A stretch of 51,643 nt of DNA, taken from the NCBI GenBank assembly GCA_036008485.1, contig DASYNR010000339.1, positions 1 through 51,643 on the forward strand. The letters are read 5' to 3'. Under the pieces are notes generated by a model that was not told the DNA's origin, ran no database searches, and saw only the letters and a list, made by a program, of their open reading frames with translations. Shown piece by piece: positions 19,802 to 28,144 of this stretch; within the stretch, counting starts at the first letter, position 1; every line of letters begins with the position of its first letter. The translations under genes and the position numbers were made by a program. This stretch comes from Candidatus Acidiferrales bacterium (GTDB taxonomy: Bacteria > Acidobacteriota > Terriglobia > Acidiferrales > UBA7541).

Positions 19802-21357
19802 GGAAGTTTGCCAGGGTCCGGCTTCTGCAGTTCGTTGTCGTCCTTCTGTTCGATCTGATGGAGAAGGCGCTCGCGATGGAACAAGAATGCATCGGCTGTA
19901 TCCCAAACTTTCACAGGCACAGCGTGAAATTGATTGTAGACCATCGCGCGCCAGGAAATAGGTCCGCGAACTGGGATGAGATGATCGCCCCATTGAAAAA
20001 TGAATCCGATATTCCACGCAGCAAATAAAATTACTACCAGCGCGCAGGCGATGAATGCTTTTCTCCCGCTGGCCCATCCGCTCAGCACGCGATCAAACAA
20101 GACGGCGAGTCCGATAATAAAAGCCGGCCCAAGCGAAATGAAAAAGCGATTTCCAAACGAAGATATGCCGTCCCAATTCACGTAGCATGCGAGCACGTAA
20201 GAGAAAATCACAAAGACTGCCAAGAAATAAAATGCGAGCGTGCGATCAATTCGCAGAAACAGGACGAGGCCTATCAGCGCAAAAATTAGGATTGGCGTCC
20301 AGGTAAACAGCCCGTGGTCAGAGGAGAACCAGACGCTTCCCGGGACTGGGTTTGTCCAAAACCATTCGTGCGCGCCGGGATAGCCGGTCTGTAGATATCC
20401 GCCATAAATAATTTTGCGAGTGATCAGAGTCGGCAGCATTCCCAGAATAAATACGATTACGAACGTAAGGTGAGATGCAAATAGAGTTGCGAACGATTCG
20501 CGCGGAGCGTTGCCAGCATGCGACGCGGATGGGCCAGAAATTAGTTGAAAATAATCAGATATGGCCCCGAAAGCTGGAATCAACAGCCAGACGACATTCA
20601 GATAATAAACGTTTACCATCAACGCGCCGAAGAGTCCGAGCACGATCCACTGAAGCAGACTACGGCGCGCACGCGTTCGATGCCAATACCAGAGAAAAAG
20701 CGCGACGGAAAAAAGTGTGTGCGCATGCGACCAAGAAGGATTCAAATACATGTAAACGGGCAGCGAGCTGGCGAACCAGTATCCCACGACGCCTAGAAAC
20801 GCCCATCGCTCGGCCACAAATTCACGCGCGAGGCGAAAACATAAGAGCAGGCCGCAGAATCCGTAACTCGCGGTGGCGAATGCCATGGTCAGTAAATATG
20901 GCCGGCCGAATCCATCTGAGTTAATGTGTGCGCCCAAACCATTTAACGCGAGGATGATCAGATGCAGGACAATCAGGAACGGTGCCCACAATATGGCGGG
21001 GCCGACTGTGAAGTGATTGTCCAAGTGATGCGTGACGGTATACTGGCTTTCGAGAATTTCGCCGTTCGGCCCCATGCGGCCAAGCGTGAAAGATGAGTTC
21101 GCCGCTCTCCATTCATTTTCAAATTGCAGATTGTGATCGATCAACAGGGAATGCACGTAGGCGTAATATCCGACGCCGTCGCCATGTACCCAGGGATTTA
21201 CGACCGGTAGAGTAATGAGAAGCAGGATGAACAGCGCCTTCGTGTACGAAAACGATTTCCAGCGACTGCGAGCGCCATCAACTTTGAAATTTTCCGCCGG
21301 CGAGTTAGGCTTCACGATTGCACCGAATTGTTCAGAGGCCTTCACGATCGCCGCCAA
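19798..21357 (-). CDS. GT-C-like polytopic membrane glycosyltransferase candidate (ArnT/PMT-like)
   Basis: 519 aa with more than 10 TM helices. An early extracytoplasmic loop carries acidic/aromatic residues (VHGDGVGYYAYVHS). It lies immediately downstream of a GT2 polyprenyl-phosphate-sugar synthase-like gene. Confidence 0.5.
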   Translation of the reverse strand: MAAIVKASEQFGAIVKPNSPAENFKVDGARSRWKSFSYTKALFILLLITLPVVNPWVHGDGVGYYAYVHSLLIDHNLQFENEWRAANSSFTLGRMGPNGEILESQYTVTHHLDNHFTVGPAILWAPFLIVLHLIILALNGLGAHINSDGFGRPYLLTMAFATASYGFCGLLLCFRLAREFVAERWAFLGVVGYWFASSLPVYMYLNPSWSHAHTLFSVALFLWYWHRTRARRSLLQWIVLGLFGALMVNVYYLNVVWLLIPAFGAISDYFQLISGPSASHAGNAPRESFATLFASHLTFVIVFILGMLPTLITRKIIYGGYLQTGYPGAHEWFWTNPVPGSVWFSSDHGLFTWTPILIFALIGLVLFLRIDRTLAFYFLAVFVIFSYVLACYVNWDGISSFGNRFFISLGPAFIIGLAVLFDRVLSGWASGRKAFIACALVVILFAAWNIGFIFQWGDHLIPVRGPISWRAMVYNQFHAVPVKVWDTADAFLFHRERLLHQIEQKDDNELQKPDPGKLP

Positions 21358-21414
21358 GGGAGCCGCCCGGAAAACTTCGGCTATTTCCCGCAGGCTCGGG
21401 CGCCGCTCGGCGAA

Positions 21415-22179
21415 TCATTTGAACAAGCTGTAACGAATCGTGGACCACAGGCCGGGAAACGCGTCCTTCCAAGTAATCTTCTTGCCTTCCGCGTATGTCC
21501 GGCCGTAATACGAAATGGGAACTTCGTAGACGCGCCAGTCTTTGTTGCGAGCGATGCGCGCGGTAATCTCAGGCTCAAATCCAAAGCGATTTTCTTTCAG
21601 CTCCAATTGTTCCACCACTTCGCGGCGGAAAACTTTGTAGCACGTCCACACGTCGGTGAGGTTCAGATCCGTCAACATGTTAGAAACGACGGTAAGCAGC
21701 CAATTTACGTTGGAATGCCAGTAGTACAGAACGCGATGCGGGCCGCCGAGGAACCGGGACCCATAAACAACGTCAGCGCGCCCGCGCTCAATGGGTTCAA
21801 GTAGCCCGTGATAATCCTCGGGATCGTATTCAAGGTCGGCATCCTGAATTAAAATTGTCTCGCCATTCGCTTCCTTCATTCCGCGGCGCAACGCGGCGCC
21901 TTTGCCCTGATTTTTTTCCTGCATCAAGACGCGAATATTATCGGTGCGAAGTTGCCGGCCGGTTGTAGGAAGACTAAATACCGCCGGAGATTCTTGTGAC
22001 GACTGCGAAATCTGTTCCAGTAGAGATCGAGTGCCGTCGGTTGAGCCATCGTCAATAATGACAATTTCTTTTTCAACGTCGACAGCTTGGACGCGGACGA
22101 GAATTTCTTCAATCGTGCCGCGTTCGTTAAAAACAGGAATAACGACCGAAACCCACGGCCGTTTCAAATTGGAATCCAT
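21415..22179 (-). CDS. GT2-family glycosyltransferase, polyprenyl-phosphate sugar synthase type (DPM1/GtrB/ArnC-like)
   Basis: VSVVIPVFNE, IIDDGSTDGT, QDADLEYDPED (DxD). The short 254-aa soluble form is typical of Dpm1-like enzymes. Confidence 0.8.
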   Translation of the reverse strand: MDSNLKRPWVSVVIPVFNERGTIEEILVRVQAVDVEKEIVIIDDGSTDGTRSLLEQISQSSQESPAVFSLPTTGRQLRTDNIRVLMQEKNQGKGAALRRGMKEANGETILIQDADLEYDPEDYHGLLEPIERGRADVVYGSRFLGGPHRVLYYWHSNVNWLLTVVSNMLTDLNLTDVWTCYKVFRREVVEQLELKENRFGFEPEITARIARNKDWRVYEVPISYYGRTYAEGKKITWKDAFPGLWSTIRYSLFK

Positions 22180-22308
22180 TGTCCCCCAAGATGCCCATGC
22201 GCCATTCGGCGAAGTGCTCGTACGGAACCGGAAAGGCGAAACGTGCTATTGAACGGCCTAACCGCTGACGGACGCTCTTCAACTTATCAGAAAGCCAAAA
22301 AGCTAAAA

Positions 22309-23313
22309 CTAGCTCGCGACGCCTTTGCTACGCTCTACGACTGACAATTCGCGCTTCGTCTGGAAATGATTGGTCACGCGGTCGATAATGTTTTCGAGTG
22401 TCGTTGCCGGGCGGAAGCCCGTCAATCGCTCGAGTTTGTCCAGACACGGCAGACGGCGCATCATATCCTCAAATCCCGGTTCGTAGGCCTGATCGTATGG
22501 AATGAAGGTGACCGGAGAGACACTGTTCGTACGCGCTTTCACCATTTGCGCCAGAGCTTCGACGGTGATTTCGCGATCCGTTCCGATGTTCACCACTTCG
22601 CCGATGGCTTTGTCGGTCGCCATCAGGCGAAGCATCGCTTCCACTGTATCCTGCACGTCGCAGAAGCACCGCGATTGTTGGCCCGAGCCGTAAACCGTGA
22701 TCGGCTCCGCGCTTAGAGCTTGAGAAACAAAGTTTGGCAGGACCATTCCGTAACGCCCAGTCTGACGCGGGCCCACAGTATTGAAGAAGCGTGCAACCAC
22801 GACCGGCTGCTTCTTTTCTTTCCAGTAGGAAAGTGCCAGGAATTCGTCAAGCGCTTTTGAGGCGGCATAAGCCCAGCGGCCCATATTGGTAGCGCCCAAA
22901 ACCAAATCCGCGTCTTCGTGGAAAGGCACCTGAGTGCTTTTGCCATAGACTTCTGACGTGGAAGCGATAAAAACTCTCTTGCGTTTCTTGTAGGCGGCTT
23001 CCAGAACCATCTGGGTGCCGTTCACGTTTGTTTCGATGGTGCGAACAGGGCTTTCGACAATCAATCGCACACCAACTGCCGCAGCGAGATGGAAAACCGC
23101 GTCAGATTCGTCCACCAACTCGGCGAGCAACTGGCGATTCTCGATGGAATCCAGGAAGTAATGCATCCGGTCGTTGCTCTTCAAGTGCCGAATGTTTTCC
23201 ATGCAACCGGTGGAAAGGTTATCGAACAGAAGAACTTCGTCACCGCGATCGAGCAATCGCTCAGCGAGATGTGATCCGATAAACCCCGCACCACCAGTAA
23301 TTAGAAAGCGCAA
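22309..23313 (-). CDS. NAD-dependent nucleotide-sugar epimerase/dehydratase (extended SDR; UXS/ArnA-C-terminal-like)
   Basis: ITGGAGFIGSHL Rossmann motif, catalytic YAASKALDE (YxxxK), TSEVYG. Confidence 0.82.
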   Translation of the reverse strand: MRFLITGGAGFIGSHLAERLLDRGDEVLLFDNLSTGCMENIRHLKSNDRMHYFLDSIENRQLLAELVDESDAVFHLAAAVGVRLIVESPVRTIETNVNGTQMVLEAAYKKRKRVFIASTSEVYGKSTQVPFHEDADLVLGATNMGRWAYAASKALDEFLALSYWKEKKQPVVVARFFNTVGPRQTGRYGMVLPNFVSQALSAEPITVYGSGQQSRCFCDVQDTVEAMLRLMATDKAIGEVVNIGTDREITVEALAQMVKARTNSVSPVTFIPYDQAYEPGFEDMMRRLPCLDKLERLTGFRPATTLENIIDRVTNHFQTKRELSVVERSKGVAS

Positions 23314-23349
23314 TACCCCTCCTCACCGCTTCCGCTCTCGACCCAAGTG

Positions 23350-25635
23350 TCAAGCGGATGCGGCAGTCTTCTTGGATTCCTTTTCTTCCTGGCTGTATCC
23401 GCCATACGAATATGGATAGTAGCGATATGAATAGTAATAATCGGGAGCGCTAGAGTCCACCGCGTTCAGCAGCACGCCGAGCATCCTGCATTTCACTCCG
23501 GTCAGCAAATCGCGCGTACGCATGAAAGCTTCCTTCGGCGTTTCACCGCTACGGACAACCAGCAGCACGCCATCCACAAGCACAGAAAGAATTACGGCGT
23601 CGGTAGCGGCCATAACCGGTGGGGAATCGACCACGATAAATTTATATTCGCTGCGCAATTCACTGATGCCCTGATGCATGCGCACCGAAGAAAGAAGGTC
23701 GGCGGGGTTCGGCGGGATCGGGCCCGTGGGCAATACACAAAGATTTGGAATCACAGGGTGCGGCACGGTGACCAGATCCATTGATGAAACACCCGCGAGA
23801 TACGAACTGAGCCCGGCGTATTTTCCTTCAGGCAGGCTCAAGGCACGAGTTACGCCCGGCTTGCGAAGGTCACCGTCAATCAGTAATGTGCGGTCGCCCA
23901 ACTGCGCGAGAGTGACCGCCAAATTAACCGCGGCAGTCGTTTTTCCTTCACGAGGAAGGGCGCTGGTAACCAGAATTACTTGCGGAGGATGTCCGGCCTG
24001 GGAAAGAAGAAGCGAGGTGCGCAAGGATCGGAAGGCTTCGGAGACTTGTGACTGCGGCATGGAATAGGACACTAATTCGACGTTCATGTCCTTGCCATTC
24101 TGAGAAGCGCTATTCAGCAGTTTCGACATACGGCTGCGCTTACCGCCATCAAGCGAGGCGAACGAAGGCACAACGGCGAGCGAAGGCAGCTTTGCGAGTC
24201 TCTCGATGTCGTCCGGAGTTTTCACGGTGTTGTCCATATATTCGCGGAGGAAGGCCAAGCCGAGACCGCCGACAAGTCCGACGAGAAATGCCATTAAAAT
24301 ATTGCGCGCGCGATTTGGGCGGGAAGGGCCGGAAGGGACCATCGCAGGGTCAATGATCCTGATGTTGGAAGGGTGGAGACCACCCGAAATATTGGCTTCC
24401 TTGAGTTTCTGTGAGAGTCCGTCATACAGCGTCTTGTTGGCTTCGGCATCGCGGACCAAAATATTATATTCGACGAGTTTTACAGCCATCGCATTCGCTT
24501 CGACTTTTTGTTTATCTAGCGCTTGCGTCAGCAGCGTTTCGCGCTGCACAGCGGTAAGGTATTCCTGCTGAAGGCGGCCAATGATGTTCTTCTTCTCGTC
24601 TGAAACCAATTTGTCGATCTGCTTAATCTGTTCCGACAAACTTTTCACGGAGGGAAAATTCGGCCCCAACCGGTTCAGTTCGACGATGTATTGTTGGCGG
24701 AGTTCCGATTGCTTGTTCGTCAAGGAAGAGATCTGAGCGCTTTCACGAATCGCAGGCACCGCGTCAACGTTGCCGCTATTCGCCGTCTCGTAATCCGCCT
24801 GCTTTTTAATCCGGTCGGATTGCGCCTCGGTCAGTTCTTTATCGATTTGGGTGAGCTTCTCAGTGGTGATGTTCTGTTTTTCGTCCACCGTCCAGATTTG
24901 ATTATCGCGCTCGTATGCGAGACGCTTTTCTTCAGCGGCCTGGAATTTTTCGCGTGTTTCATCAAGCTCTCCACTCAGGAAACCGGAAGCCTCCTCTGAA
25001 GAGCTGAGATGACTGTTGAAATTCTGCAACTTGAATTCATTTAAATGGGCATTCAGTACGCGGGCGGCCACTTGTGGATCCGTCGCTTCAAAAGTCACGT
25101 CCAACAATCGAGTGTTGGGCACGAGTTTGACGCTCAGGGAACCCTCAAACTCGCTTAGGATCCCGGGCCTGGTGATCGGCGCCGCGGTCGTAGAGAGCAC
25201 CGGCAGCTGTTCATGGCCTCCGGCGACACCGCCAAATGCTGGGTCATTGATCAAGTTTTCTTTCTTGATCGTCTGCATTGCCAGAGTGTCGCTCTGCAAA
25301 ACTTTCGATTGCGTCTCGATGTAATTTTGCAAATCGTCGTAGGCCGCATCGGTGTTCATGGCCTGAAAAGGAAGAACACTCGCAGTGTCCCGGTCAATTT
25401 CGATTCGCGCGGTGGCCTCGTAAATGGGCTTCATCTTAAATGTAGCGATCGAAACCAATGTCACGACGGTGACCAGGAACGTGAGAATCAGCCATTTATG
25501 CTTTCGCAAGACAAGCAGATAATCCAGAAGGTGCGGTTCGCGCGGCGCCTGCTCCCACGACACCATTGACGGCGCTGACGCCATAATTTCAATCGGGGCT
25601 TTGCGGTCGCGCGGTACAATTTTATTTTCGTCCAT
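23350..25635 (-). CDS. wzc: Wzc/GumC-type polysaccharide co-polymerase fused to a BY-kinase (tyrosine autokinase)
   Basis: N-terminal Wzz-like domain with TM helices and a long coiled-coil. Walker A PREGKTT, Walker A' LIDGDLRKP, Walker B IVVDSPPV. C-terminal Tyr cluster YYYSYRYYPYSYGGY. Start set to the ATG at 25635, preceded by GGAAGGA; the track uses TTG at 25671. Confidence 0.85.
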   Translation of the reverse strand: MDENKIVPRDRKAPIEIMASAPSMVSWEQAPREPHLLDYLLVLRKHKWLILTFLVTVVTLVSIATFKMKPIYEATARIEIDRDTASVLPFQAMNTDAAYDDLQNYIETQSKVLQSDTLAMQTIKKENLINDPAFGGVAGGHEQLPVLSTTAAPITRPGILSEFEGSLSVKLVPNTRLLDVTFEATDPQVAARVLNAHLNEFKLQNFNSHLSSSEEASGFLSGELDETREKFQAAEEKRLAYERDNQIWTVDEKQNITTEKLTQIDKELTEAQSDRIKKQADYETANSGNVDAVPAIRESAQISSLTNKQSELRQQYIVELNRLGPNFPSVKSLSEQIKQIDKLVSDEKKNIIGRLQQEYLTAVQRETLLTQALDKQKVEANAMAVKLVEYNILVRDAEANKTLYDGLSQKLKEANISGGLHPSNIRIIDPAMVPSGPSRPNRARNILMAFLVGLVGGLGLAFLREYMDNTVKTPDDIERLAKLPSLAVVPSFASLDGGKRSRMSKLLNSASQNGKDMNVELVSYSMPQSQVSEAFRSLRTSLLLSQAGHPPQVILVTSALPREGKTTAAVNLAVTLAQLGDRTLLIDGDLRKPGVTRALSLPEGKYAGLSSYLAGVSSMDLVTVPHPVIPNLCVLPTGPIPPNPADLLSSVRMHQGISELRSEYKFIVVDSPPVMAATDAVILSVLVDGVLLVVRSGETPKEAFMRTRDLLTGVKCRMLGVLLNAVDSSAPDYYYSYRYYPYSYGGYSQEEKESKKTAASA

Positions 25636-25778
25636 TATTTCCTTCCAAAAGCTTTTGCTGGGTGTCGCCAAGTTGGATTACGGGGACCGTATGAAAGTTT
25701 CGCCGCTAAGTGATGATCCATCGCACCGTCCTAACTCGCCTCATCGTCGTCATTCGCCAGAGCGTCGCGAATCCTGAG

Positions 25779-26840
25779 TTAGAGTCCCCCGACGCGCGTC
25801 AACGCGATGCCTGAAGTCAAAGCGATGATCACGTCCGTCGCTCGGTGAATCGCATGCTTGGCTGCACTGTCCGGGACAAACAGGATGTCATTCGCCTGCA
25901 TTTTCGCATCGGGGCCCTTCCGCTCAAGCAGTTTTTTCAAATCGACCGGGATTTCCTTACTGATTCCAGTGGCAGGATCCTTGCGAACGATTACCGCCTC
26001 GTTCGCTTTGGAAGTTGAAGTGACGCCTGCCGCCAGCGCCAGCGCCTTCAGCGCAGTCATCTGGTCGGCGTCATTGGAAAGGATAAATCCACCGGGATGA
26101 GTTACCGCGCCGACCACATAGAAAATTCCCGCACGCGGCACGGTCACAATATCGCCGCCTATGATCATCATGTTGTCTTTGGGCGTCGGGCTGTTCAATA
26201 AATCCCAAAGATCGACTGTAAAATTTTGCGGAGCCGCGAGTAGGTCCGGCTCTCCCGAATCAGTTTTTGCGGAAGTGTCCGCGGGGACCTTGCGAGTGAC
26301 CAGCAAAACACTTCCAGCTTCTTCGGTGATGCCACCGCACGCCGACAAAACTTCCAGGACACTCATCGGACGCAACGATTGAATCACCTGCGGCGCCTTT
26401 ACCGAGCCGATTACCGTGATTGGCTGACTACGCTGTTCTCTGAGGCTAACGGTAACTTCCGGGTTGGTGACCAATCCGCTTGCTTTCAGCAGTTCGGCGA
26501 TCTTGTCTTGAAGCTGGATCGCGCTCAGGCCTTTTGCAACGATCCGCTCCGGCAATAATGGCAGTGAAATATGTCCAGAATCATCTATACGAACGTCTCG
26601 CGATAGTTGCGGCACGTCAAAGACGTCTACGTTCACAAGGTCGCCGTTTCCCAACTTGTATTCGCTCATTAGCGGAGGGGGGACTTGTTTGGCTAGCTGA
26701 GCGATTCGACTGTTCGTTTCCGCTGTAGTTTCAACACGTTGCTGAGAAAATGAAGGTGACACCAGTATTATTGCGCCAAAAAATGTGAGCAGGCACACCC
26801 GTAACAAGACGTAAAGGTACCCAGGTCGTTTTCCACACAT
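25779..26840 (-). CDS. wza: Wza-like polysaccharide export protein (Poly_export + SLBB domains)
   Basis: Signal peptide, then YKLGNGDLVNVDVFDVPQLS (Poly_export motif) and later SLBB-like repeats (GDIVTVP, NDILFVP). Start set to the ATG at 26840, preceded by the GGGGGAG SD. Confidence 0.8.
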   Translation of the reverse strand: MCGKRPGYLYVLLRVCLLTFFGAIILVSPSFSQQRVETTAETNSRIAQLAKQVPPPLMSEYKLGNGDLVNVDVFDVPQLSRDVRIDDSGHISLPLLPERIVAKGLSAIQLQDKIAELLKASGLVTNPEVTVSLREQRSQPITVIGSVKAPQVIQSLRPMSVLEVLSACGGITEEAGSVLLVTRKVPADTSAKTDSGEPDLLAAPQNFTVDLWDLLNSPTPKDNMMIIGGDIVTVPRAGIFYVVGAVTHPGGFILSNDADQMTALKALALAAGVTSTSKANEAVIVRKDPATGISKEIPVDLKKLLERKGPDAKMQANDILFVPDSAAKHAIHRATDVIIALTSGIALTRVGGL

Positions 26841-26917
26841 GTTTAGATACTCCCCCACCGACCTCAATTATACCGGAGCAATCGCGGATAGATACAAAGA
26901 AATACCCGCCCCGCCAA

Positions 26918-28144
26918 TTAGTTAGTAGGCCCGAAGATTGGACTTGTTGAGGCCATGCCCGCCATCAAATAAAACAAGGAAGCGTTCGCGGGAATATGCA
27001 AATTAAAGTCTACAAAACTGTGTACCAGAATACCGGCGCATCCCACAAGGGTTCCAAGTTGAACAGCGCGCACCACCGGATCCTGATGCGCCGAAACATT
27101 TCTAAATCCATACACCGCCAGCAAGACAATGAACGTTAGCCAGCAAAGCGCGCCCAACACTCCCGTCTCCGCGAGCAATTCAAAATGATCATCGTGAACG
27201 TGATCAACGATTGTGGCGTCGTAAGCGGTTTCATAAGAGGGATAAACCGAAACGATCGTTCCAACGCCCGTACCAGTCCAAGGATGATCGCGGAAAATGT
27301 GGTAGGCGCCGCTCGCCATCGAAATCCGGCGGCCCTCGGTAACTTCCGGGTTGTGAATCTGCGAGAATCGCTGAATCACTTGGCCTAAGCCCAGCCACGC
27401 AACCAATCCGCCGGCCAGCAGCAACGCTACAAGAAACGTGAATACGTGTTTCTTCTCACCTCGGCGAATCCACAACAATATGACCAGCAGAATTACTTCA
27501 CAGCCAAATCCAATAATACCGCCGCGGGACGCGGAAATAAGCAAAGCACCCACGGGCATCGCGGCGAGCAGCGCCATGAGAGGCATTTGTTGGCGGCGGA
27601 CAGCTGGAACGGCCAGCATCGCCAAGCCGAGGGGAATCAGAAGCTCCATCAAACCGGCAAAATGGTTTCGATTTACGTAGGGACCGTAGGGCATTCCCCC
27701 GTACCGCATTTCACGGAACCAGTACAATTTCCCTTTGAACGTCAGATCCTGCAGCACCGCGAAGACCGCCACCGTAAATCCCAGTAAGACGATGAACCAC
27801 GCGAAATCCCGCCATTGGCGGGGCGTGCGGAATGACTGTCCCGACAGGAAAACCAGGATGATGTAGCTGGTCATGCGCAGCAGTTCCAGCTTCGTCAGGT
27901 ACGGATACAATGAAAGAGGAACGACAAATTGCAAGAGTGCAAGCAACTCGAGTCCCAAGAGCGGCCAGATTACTGGACTCCAGCGGATTTCTTCGCCACG
28001 TCCAGTGGCCATCAAGAATCCCCACCATAGGAACAGAAGCGCGGCGCCGATTTGAAGCACGGATTCGGACCACGTCTCGACAGCGCCAAAGGCTAGAACG
28101 GCGAAAGTGACCAAAACGCAGACGCCGATCCGGATGATTCTCAT
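26918..28144 (-). CDS. O-antigen ligase / Wzy-like polymerase family membrane protein
   Basis: About 10 TM helices. SASRGGIIGFG lies in the large loop region typical of the Wzy_C (PF04932) domain. ATGA overlap with the upstream gene. Confidence 0.72.
   Translation of the reverse strand: MRIIRIGVCVLVTFAVLAFGAVETWSESVLQIGAALLFLWWGFLMATGRGEEIRWSPVIWPLLGLELLALLQFVVPLSLYPYLTKLELLRMTSYIILVFLSGQSFRTPRQWRDFAWFIVLLGFTVAVFAVLQDLTFKGKLYWFREMRYGGMPYGPYVNRNHFAGLMELLIPLGLAMLAVPAVRRQQMPLMALLAAMPVGALLISASRGGIIGFGCEVILLVILLWIRRGEKKHVFTFLVALLLAGGLVAWLGLGQVIQRFSQIHNPEVTEGRRISMASGAYHIFRDHPWTGTGVGTIVSVYPSYETAYDATIVDHVHDDHFELLAETGVLGALCWLTFIVLLAVYGFRNVSAHQDPVVRAVQLGTLVGCAGILVHSFVDFNLHIPANASLFYLMAGMASTSPIFGPTN

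Noticed and set aside
18272-20077. Long (601-aa) form of the Wzx ORF
   Set aside because: The first 92 codons overlap the upstream GT-C-like gene by about 280 nt and encode Arg/Ser/Cys-rich non-membrane sequence. The internal ATG at 19801 gives a clean ATGA junction and a typical flippase N-terminus.
26918-28144. Search for an exosortase (EpsH) among the polytopic membrane proteins (also 19798-21357 and 32779-34632)
   Set aside because: 26918-28144 has the Wzy_C-like SRGG loop. The other two are far larger than exosortases (about 280-500 aa, 8 TM helices) and show GT-C-like features. I could not recognise an exosortase Cys/Arg/His motif arrangement. I conclude that no exosortase is in this window.
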